The position numbers were made by a program, and so were the translations under genes. This document shows positions 57,845-64,000 of a DNA stretch of 64,000 nt, piece by piece (the stretch's first letter is position 1; the number at the start of each line of letters is the position of its first letter). The stretch is taken from assembly GCA_009691025.1 (NCBI GenBank), contig SHWB01000001.1, forward strand, positions 128,652-192,651. Direction: 5' to 3'. Source of the stretch: Alphaproteobacteria bacterium. GTDB taxonomy: Bacteria > Pseudomonadota > Alphaproteobacteria > UBA6615. The notes beneath the pieces were generated by a model that ran no database searches, was not told where the DNA came from, and saw only the letters and a list, made by a program, of their open reading frames with translations.

Positions 57845-58731
57845 ATGCCGACGATCGACCCGGCAATGCGATACACGAAGAAGACCGTCGAAGTGCTCGG
57901 CAAGCGCATGGCCGTGGTCGACGAGGGCGAGGGCGATCGGATCGTCTTCCTGCATGGCAACATCACCTCATCCTACCTGTACCGCAACATCATGCCCTAT
58001 GTGCAGGATGTAGCGCGCATCGTCTCCGTGGAGAATATTGGACAGGGCGACAGTGCTAAGTTAGACGACAGCGGCCCCGGCCGCTATCGCCTCTCCGAGC
58101 ATCAGCGCTATATCGCGCGCTGATCGACAAGATCGACCTCGGTCCGCGCGTGACGTTGATAGTGCATGACTGGGGCTCGCAGACCGGATTTACCTGGGCG
58201 CGCAACCACCCCGAACGGATCAAGGCGATATGCTATTTCCAGGCTCTGGTCGGCGATTTAGCGTGGGACCACTGGCCGCCGGAAGTGCAGGCCCTGTTCC
58301 GCAAGTTCCGCGGCCACGAGGTCTAGGATATGGTTCTGCAGGGCAATTTCTTCGTCGAGAAGGTGCTGCCGGCGATGGTGCTGCGCAAGCTCGGCGAGGC
58401 GGAGATGACCGAGTACCGCCGGCCCTACTGGAACCCCGGAGAGGATCGCCGCCCGACGCTGACCTGGCCTCGCGAAATCACCATCGAGGGCAGCCCGGCC
58501 GATTTGCTCGCCGTGGTCGACGCAAACTCGGCATTCATGGCGCAAGCACGTTTTCCCAAGCTGTTCGTCAACACCGAACCGGGCGCCGTGCTCGTCGGGC
58601 GCCACCGTGACCTCGTCCGTCGCCGGCCCAACCAGACCGAGGTGACGGTCGCGGAGCTGCACTACGTCCACGAGGACTCACCTCACGAGATCGGCCGCGC
58701 GCTGTCCGGCTGGCACCGGGCGCTGGGCTGA
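57845..58731 (+). pseudogene. haloalkane dehalogenase-type alpha/beta hydrolase with a frameshift and an in-frame TAG
   Basis: The N-terminal part (IVFLHGNITSSYLYRNIMP) ends at TGA 58121-58123. Homology continues in another frame from about 58120 (LIDKIDLGPRVTLIVHDWGSQTGF). TAG at 58324-58326 follows, then MVLQGNFFVEKVLP...HYVHEDSPHEIG. Confidence 0.8.
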
Positions 58732-58869
58732 AGCGGTCCGGGTTGGATGTCAGCCGGGCTGCGGACATCACCGTTCACGCAGCGAAATGGGCGGTCCGAC
58801 GGCGACGACAGGGCGGGCGCACCGGCTATAATCGCGCCCGCAAATCCGTTGCACGAGGGAACTCCTGAC

Positions 58870-59775
58870 ATGGCACACCCCAAAGTCTGGGACGACATCC
58901 ATTTCTATTCCAACGACCTGAAGATAGCCGCCTTCCTTTACCGCCCACGCGACTGGAAGAAGGGCGACAAGCCGCGCCCCGCCATCATCGTGCCGCATGG
59001 CTATTCGGGCATGAAGGACGTCTATGGCATGGATGTGCCGCAATGGCTGTGGGAGGAGGGCTACTTCGTGCTGTCGCCCGACTATCCCGGCTTCGGTGTG
59101 TCGGAGGGCCAGCGCGGCCGCCATCGCCCGTTCGACCAGGCAACGATGGTCTATGACGGCATCACCTATCTGCAGACGGTCGAGGGCGTCGATCCCGAGC
59201 GCATAGGCCTCTACGGCTCGTCCTGGGGCGGTGCCAACGCCATCTGGTGCGCGGCCTTCGACGAGCGCATCAAGGTCATCGTGTCGGCCGTCATGGTCGC
59301 CGATGGAGAGCGCTGGATGCGCACCGTCCGCCGCCCGCACGAATGGGCCACCTTCAAGGAGAAGGTGATGGAGGCCGAGCGCAAGCGCGTGCTGACAAAC
59401 GAGAAGACCATGATGCCGTTGCCGGAGATCATGCTCACCGACCCGCACACGCAGATGGTCATCGACCAGTTCCACGCCAAGGACGGCCGTTTCAACCCCA
59501 TGTACGACCTCGAAAGCGCCGCGCATTGCTGGCGCTTTAAGCCAGAATGGGTGGCCTCGCGCATCTCGCCGCGGCCAGTGCTGATGGTCTATGCCGAGCA
59601 CGACACGCTCTGCCCAGTGAACGAGCAGTTGTCGTGCTACGAGGAGCTGGGAGAGCCCAAGCGGCTGGTCTGCATCCCCGAGGCGCAGCACTACGAGAGC
59701 TACGCCTTTTGCTCGCCCGAGAAGCACGAGGTACAGAAGCGCGAGGCGATCTCCTGGTTCCGCCAGTACCTGTAG
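58870..59775 (+). CDS. alpha/beta hydrolase (dienelactone hydrolase / prolyl-oligopeptidase-like fold)
   Basis: ATG 58870 follows GAGGGAA. It has the nucleophile elbow GLYGSSWGG and a late His region (EAQHYESY). 301 aa. Confidence 0.75.
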   Translation: MAHPKVWDDIHFYSNDLKIAAFLYRPRDWKKGDKPRPAIIVPHGYSGMKDVYGMDVPQWLWEEGYFVLSPDYPGFGVSEGQRGRHRPFDQATMVYDGITYLQTVEGVDPERIGLYGSSWGGANAIWCAAFDERIKVIVSAVMVADGERWMRTVRRPHEWATFKEKVMEAERKRVLTNEKTMMPLPEIMLTDPHTQMVIDQFHAKDGRFNPMYDLESAAHCWRFKPEWVASRISPRPVLMVYAEHDTLCPVNEQLSCYEELGEPKRLVCIPEAQHYESYAFCSPEKHEVQKREAISWFRQYL

Positions 59776-59785
59776 GTCACGACGC

Positions 59786-60793
59786 ATGACGGAATCGGGC
59801 GGCGGATCGGGCACCATCGATCACGGTGGCAATCTGGCCGCCGCCCGCCGCCGATTCGCCGGCGCACCAGAGCCTTTCATCGACCTTTCGACCGGCATCA
59901 ACCCGGTGCCGTGGCCGGTGCCCGGCTTGCCGGGCGAGGCCCTGGCGCGGCTGCCCGGGCAAGAGGCGCTCGATCGTCTTGCAGCGGCAGCCGCGCGCCT
60001 CTATGGCGCGCCCGATGCTGCCTGCGTCGTGGCGGCGCCGGGCACGCAGATCCTGCTGCCGCTGGTCGCCGCGCTGCGGGCGCCCGGCCGTGCCGCCGTG
60101 CTCGGCCCGACCTATGCCGAGCATGCACGGGCAGCCGCGCTCGCCGGCCACGCGGTCGCAGAGGTCGAACGCGTCGACGGTCTTGCCGGTGCCGGCCTTG
60201 CCGTGGTGGTCAATCCCAACAACCCAGACGGGCGGCTCGTGCCGCACGCCGACCTACTGGCGCTTGCCGGGCGCGCCGGCCTGCTGGTCGTGGACGAGGC
60301 CTTCATGGATGTCGGCCCGGCCGGTGCCAGCCTCGCAGGCGACGTGGCCGGGGGCGGGATCGTGGTCCTGCGCTCCTTCGGCAAGTTCTTCGGCCTGGCC
60401 GGGCTGCGGCTCGGCTTCGCCCTCGCCACACCGGACATTGCCGCCGCTCTGCGGGCACGGCTCGGGCCGTGGGCCGTTTCGGGGCCGGCGCTGGCCATCG
60501 GCGCGGCGGCGCTGGCCGACACCGACTGGATCGCCGCCACACGTGTGCGCCTTGCCGCAGATGCCGCGCGGCTCGACGGGCTGCTCGCGGCGGCCGGACT
60601 GGCGGTGGCCGGCGGCACCGCGCTGTTTCGCCTCGTCGAGACGCCCGCCGCGGCCGCCCTGTATGAGCGGCTCGGCCGGCAGGGCATCCTCGTCCGCCGC
60701 TTCGCCGAGCGATCGGACCGGCTGCGCTTTGGCCTGCCGGGCCACGAGGCCGCCTGGCGGCGTCTGGCCGCAGCGCTCGTGGCCGGGAGTTAA
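59786..60793 (+). CDS. cobD: threonine-phosphate decarboxylase (cobalamin biosynthesis aminotransferase class I/II family)
   Basis: 335 aa. It has the N-terminal HGGN motif (IDHGGNLAAARRRFG...IDLSTGINP), NPNNPDG and the PLP-lysine region SFGKFFGLAGLRLGF. Confidence 0.75.
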   Translation: MTESGGGSGTIDHGGNLAAARRRFAGAPEPFIDLSTGINPVPWPVPGLPGEALARLPGQEALDRLAAAAARLYGAPDAACVVAAPGTQILLPLVAALRAPGRAAVLGPTYAEHARAAALAGHAVAEVERVDGLAGAGLAVVVNPNNPDGRLVPHADLLALAGRAGLLVVDEAFMDVGPAGASLAGDVAGGGIVVLRSFGKFFGLAGLRLGFALATPDIAAALRARLGPWAVSGPALAIGAAALADTDWIAATRVRLAADAARLDGLLAAAGLAVAGGTALFRLVETPAAAALYERLGRQGILVRRFAERSDRLRFGLPGHEAAWRRLAAALVAGS

Positions 60794-60864
60794 GCCGCCC
60801 GCGCTTGCGCCGGGGCGGCTTTGGCGCTAGGTCCGCACGCCTGACGACAGGGCGGACGAGGACC

Positions 60865-62919
60865 ATGCAGAGCCGGTGGCGCGCAGACGAGGCGGCGGCG
60901 ACGGTCGCACGCTGGGCACAGCAGGGTGTGGCCGAGGACGTGTCGCTGGCCGTCTATGGCACGCGCCTGCTCGGCGGCGAGCCCTCACTGGTGCTGCATG
61001 GCGGCGGCAACAGCTCGGTGAAGAGCACCGCGCACGACCTTGCCGGCGATCCAGTCGAGGTGCTGTACGTCAAGGGCTCGGGCTGGGACATGGGCGCGAT
61101 CGAGCCGCCGGGCCTGCCGGCGGTGCGGCTGGAACCGCTGCGCCGCCTGCAGCGGCTGCAGCGCCTGTCCGACGAGGACATGGTCAACGCGCTGCGCATC
61201 AACCTGCTCGACGCCGCCGCGCCAAACCCGTCGGTCGAGACGCTGCTGCACGCCTTCCTGCCGCATAAATTCGTCGACCACACCCACGCCAACGCCGTGC
61301 TGGCGCTGACCGACCAGCCGGACGGCGAGGCCATCTGTCGCGACACCTTCGGCGACCGTGTCGCCTATGTGCCATACATCATGCCTGGCTTCGCGCTGGC
61401 GCAGGCCTGCGCTGCCGCCAGACGCGCCGCGCCAGGCGTCGACGCGCTGATCCTGCTGAAGCACGGCATCTTCACCATGGGCGAGACGGCCGAGGCGGCC
61501 TACGAGCGGATGATCGCGCTGGTCTCGCGCGCCGAGGCGCGCGTCGCGAAGGCGGCAAGGCAGGTCTTCGTGCCGGCCACGCCCGCCGGCCCCGTGATGT
61601 CCGCCGCCGAGGTGGCGCCGGTGTTGCGCGGCCTGCTGGCTCTGGAGACCGACCGCGACGAGGGGCTGTGGCGGCGCTTCGTGCTCGCCCACCGCAGCGG
61701 GCCGGCGATCCGCGCCTTCGTCGATGGCACCGATCTCGCGCGCTACGCCATGCTTGGGCCGGTGACGCCGGACCACGCCATCCGCACCAAGCCGCTGCCG
61801 CTGATCGCGCCGTCGCCGCTGGCCGGCGACCCGGCCGGCTTCCGCGCCGGGCTGGAGGCCGCCATCGCGCGCTACAAGGCCGACTACATGGCCTATGTGA
61901 CGCGCCACAACACCGATCCGGTGGCGCCCAAGACGCCGCTCGATCCGGCGCCGCGCATCGTGCTGGTGCCTGGTCTGGGCGTCTTCGCCGCCGGCGATAA
62001 CGCCAAGGCCGCCGCCATCGCCGCCGACCTCTACGAGGCCAACATCGAGGTCATCGCCAACGCCGAGGCCATCGGCCGCTACGCGACCATCGACGAGGCC
62101 GAGCAGTTCGACATCGAGTACTGGTCGCTCGAACAGGCGAAGCTCGGCAAGCGCGCCGAGAAGCCGCTGGCGCGCCAGATCGCCGTCGTCACCGGCGGCG
62201 GCGGCACCATCGGTGCCGCCATCGGCAAGGCCTTCCGCGCCGCCGGCGCCGAGGTGGCGCTGCTCGACCGCGACGGCGAGGCGGCGGCCAGGGCGGCGAA
62301 GCCCATCGGCGCGCTGGCCGTCGCCTGCGACGTCACCGATCAGGCCTCGGTCGCCGCAGCCATTGCGAAGGTAGTCGAGGCCTTCGGTGGCGTCGACATC
62401 CTCGTCTCCAATGCCGGCGCCGCCTGGCAGGGTCGCATCGGCGAGGTCGACGACGCGACCCTGCGGGCAAGCTTCGAGCTAAACTTCTTTGCCCACCAGA
62501 CGGTGGCCAAGGCCGCGGTCGCCGTGATGCTGGCGCAGGGCACCGGCGGCGTGCTGCTGTTCAACGCCTCCAAGCAGGCGGTCAATCCGGGGCCCAGTTT
62601 TGGCCCCTACGGTCTGCCCAAGGCGGCAACGATGGGCCTCGCCCGGCAATACGCCATCGACTACGGCGCCGAGGGCATTCGAGCCAACGCCGTGAACGCC
62701 GACCGCATCCGCAGCGGGTTGCTGACCGACGCGATGGTGGCCAGCCGCTCGACAGCCCGCGGCATGTCGGAGCACGACTACATGGCCGGCAATTTGCTCG
62801 GCCGGGAAGTGACGGCGTCAGATGTGGCCGATGCCTTCCTCGCTTTGGCACTGGCCCGCAAGACCACCGGGGCCGTGCTCACCGTCGATGGCGGAAACGT
62901 CGCCGCCGCGCTACGCTGA
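60865..62919 (+). CDS. bifunctional class II aldolase / short-chain dehydrogenase (rhamnulose-1-phosphate aldolase/alcohol dehydrogenase-like)
   Basis: Start at MQSRWRADEAAA (60865). An N-terminal aldolase_II-like region (LVLHGGGNSSVK...VDHTHANAVLAL) is joined to a C-terminal SDR (VTGGGGTIGAAIG). 684 aa. Confidence 0.8.
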   Translation: MQSRWRADEAAATVARWAQQGVAEDVSLAVYGTRLLGGEPSLVLHGGGNSSVKSTAHDLAGDPVEVLYVKGSGWDMGAIEPPGLPAVRLEPLRRLQRLQRLSDEDMVNALRINLLDAAAPNPSVETLLHAFLPHKFVDHTHANAVLALTDQPDGEAICRDTFGDRVAYVPYIMPGFALAQACAAARRAAPGVDALILLKHGIFTMGETAEAAYERMIALVSRAEARVAKAARQVFVPATPAGPVMSAAEVAPVLRGLLALETDRDEGLWRRFVLAHRSGPAIRAFVDGTDLARYAMLGPVTPDHAIRTKPLPLIAPSPLAGDPAGFRAGLEAAIARYKADYMAYVTRHNTDPVAPKTPLDPAPRIVLVPGLGVFAAGDNAKAAAIAADLYEANIEVIANAEAIGRYATIDEAEQFDIEYWSLEQAKLGKRAEKPLARQIAVVTGGGGTIGAAIGKAFRAAGAEVALLDRDGEAAARAAKPIGALAVACDVTDQASVAAAIAKVVEAFGGVDILVSNAGAAWQGRIGEVDDATLRASFELNFFAHQTVAKAAVAVMLAQGTGGVLLFNASKQAVNPGPSFGPYGLPKAATMGLARQYAIDYGAEGIRANAVNADRIRSGLLTDAMVASRSTARGMSEHDYMAGNLLGREVTASDVADAFLALALARKTTGAVLTVDGGNVAAALR

Positions 62920-62962
62920 CGGGCGGCGGTCCTGCCGGCCGCCCGCAGATCCAGAGGGCTCC

Positions 62963-63292
62963 ATGATCGTCGAGATGCGCACCTATCGGTTGAAGCCGGC
63001 CGCCACCGCCACCTTCTTCAAGCTCTACGAGAGCGAAGGCATGCCGATCCAGCTGCCGATCCTCGGCATGATGGTCGGCTACTACGCCACCGAGCTGGGG
63101 CCGCTGAACCAGATAGTCCACATGTGGGGCTACAAGGATCTGGCCGACCGCACCAAGCGGCGCACCAAACTCTCCGCCGACAAGCGGTGGCAGGCCTTTG
63201 CGCCCAAGGTGCAGGCACTGATCGACGAGATGGAGAACAAGATTCTCATCCCGGCGCCGTTCTTCACGCCGGGGGAGATCAAGCGCGCCTGA
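62963..63292 (+). CDS. NIPSNAP family protein
   Basis: Start at MIVEMRTYRLKP (62963) after CAGAGGG. 109 aa. The pattern IVEMRTY...LNQIVHMWGYKDLADR is typical of NIPSNAP domains. Confidence 0.75.
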   Translation: MIVEMRTYRLKPAATATFFKLYESEGMPIQLPILGMMVGYYATELGPLNQIVHMWGYKDLADRTKRRTKLSADKRWQAFAPKVQALIDEMENKILIPAPFFTPGEIKRA

Positions 63293-63322
63293 CGACAACG
63301 ATACAAGCAGGAAGGAACCGCC

Positions 63323-64000
63323 ATGAAGACGATCGTCGTAACGCCCGACGAGATGGCCAAACGTACCGCCCGATTCGCCAGTCTCATGCCGTACAGCCAG
63401 CAGAGCAACGCCAGCCACGGTATCCCCGTCGAGGCGATCGAACGGGTCAGCGCGCGGCGCGTGTACCCGGTGATGGCGCCGACCGGCTACAAGGGGCGCA
63501 GCGCGAAGGCGCCGGTGCATGCCGGCAAGCGCATGGTCCTGTCGATCCCGGAATCGCCCCCGGGCGATGGCGCCGGACTGCATGTGCATGCCCGCACGAC
63601 CGAGAACTTCCTGTGCCTGTCGGGCCGCTTCGAGATCAGCTGGGGAGACAAGGGCGAGCAATCGGTCGAGCTGGGACCGCTCGATTTCATCTCGATGCCG
63701 AAGGGCGTCTATCGTTCCTTCAAGAACGTCGGGCCGGAGACCGGCAGGCTGCTGGCTATCATCGAATGCGATGACGACCTGGACGCCGCCGATCCAGTCT
63801 ACCACGCACCCGCCACGCATGATCGCGTCGAGCGCGAATTTGGTCGCGAGGTCGTCGAGAAGATGGCGACACTAGGATTCTATTTCGCCGACGAGAACAC
63901 CAAGGTGCGTACGCCTACGGCGGCCGAGATGAAGAAACGCATGGCGCGCTTTGCTGACCTTCAGCCTTACAGCCGGCAGAACGCCGACAAGCATGGCATT
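63323..64000 (+). CDS. bicupin-like protein, 5' part (runs off the window end)
   Basis: Not in the ORF track because it has no stop. I translated it by hand from ATG 63323 (after AGGAAGGA), and 226 codons are open to nt 64000. It has the cupin motif GLHVHARTTENFLCLSG and a second module starting at about 63930. Confidence 0.7.
   Translation, partial: MKTIVVTPDEMAKRTARFASLMPYSQQSNASHGIPVEAIERVSARRVYPVMAPTGYKGRSAKAPVHAGKRMVLSIPESPPGDGAGLHVHARTTENFLCLSGRFEISWGDKGEQSVELGPLDFISMPKGVYRSFKNVGPETGRLLAIIECDDDLDAADPVYHAPATHDRVEREFGREVVEKMATLGFYFADENTKVRTPTAAEMKKRMARFADLQPYSRQNADKHGI

Noticed and set aside
43677-58326. In-frame TAG codons as evidence for amber reassignment or read-through (pyrrolysine-like or suppressor-based recoding)
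   Set aside because: TAG is used as the genuine terminator of clearly essential, full-length genes in the same window: ligA (4008-4010), bamD (8828-8830), murF (22961-22963) and pepP (3834-3836). The interrupted genes also carry independent frameshifts and truncations. Ordinary nonsense pseudogenes are the simpler reading.
42796-58731. The pseudogene-rich stretch as a mobile genetic element, genomic island or prophage remnant
   Set aside because: I found no integrase, transposase, phage gene, flanking tRNA or long terminal repeat. Housekeeping genes (cysQ, tsaC, asmA) are interleaved. By eye the composition matches the rest of the window.
58827-58832. A perfect TATAAT hexamer 38 nt upstream of the alpha/beta hydrolase ATG, as a promoter
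   Set aside because: There is no acceptable -35 element (GACGAC at 17-nt spacing) and no extended -10 TG. A single hexamer is insufficient, so it is left uncalled.
59776-59785. A cobalamin riboswitch upstream of cobD
   Set aside because: Only 10 nt separate cobD from the preceding hydrolase gene, which leaves no room for a riboswitch. No B12-box-like sequence was seen upstream of the hydrolase either.

Overview
High-GC (roughly 70% by eye, not computed) alphaproteobacterial chromosome segment. The gene order looks Hyphomicrobiales/Rhizobiales-like, which is an inference. All calls come from reading the translated ORF track and the raw sequence, with no database search. Many start codons were moved inward from the longest ORF and are the least certain coordinates.

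Layout:
(1) nt 1-4,000: 3' end of a UvrD-like helicase, prmA, a DUF1127 small protein and aminopeptidase P.
(2) nt 4,008-29,638, all on the minus strand: ligA, an EamA transporter, recN, bamD, lpxC and a complete dcw cluster (ftsZ-ftsA-ftsQ-ddl-murB-murC-murG-ftsW-murD-mraY-murF-murE-ftsI-ftsL-rsmH-mraZ). Nine of the junctions are 4-nt start/stop overlaps.
(3) nt 29,639-33,769: the mraZ control region with phased ATGGG repeats, RNase P RNA (rnpB), an AmpD-like amidase, the ABC-F protein Uup and DjlA.
(4) nt 33,917-42,792: a fused 5-oxoprolinase, a methyltransferase/ATP-grasp fusion directly followed by a PPK2 polyphosphate kinase, an MFS pump and hemolysin III.
(5) nt 42,796-58,731: a decaying accessory stretch. 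Intact genes (asmA, an aldehyde dehydrogenase, an orphan form-II CoxL-like molybdoenzyme subunit, cysQ, parA-like, tsaC/sua5) are interleaved with at least seven dead genes. These are ggt, a 2OG-oxygenase fragment, an SLC13 permease stub, the AmmeMemoRadiSam genes amrB/A and amrS, an MFS pump and a haloalkane dehalogenase.
(6) nt 58,870-64,000: an alpha/beta hydrolase, cobD, a bifunctional aldolase/SDR, a NIPSNAP protein and a bicupin that runs off the window.

No tRNA, rRNA, CRISPR array, transposase or integrase was recognised.

Most notable observations:
- The MTase/ATP-grasp + PPK2 module has no assignable function.
- All six premature stops in the decaying stretch are amber. All lie in a TAGG context and five of six in CTAGG.
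- A complete AmmeMemoRadiSam locus has been inactivated.
- There are two deletion scars that butt unrelated gene fragments together.
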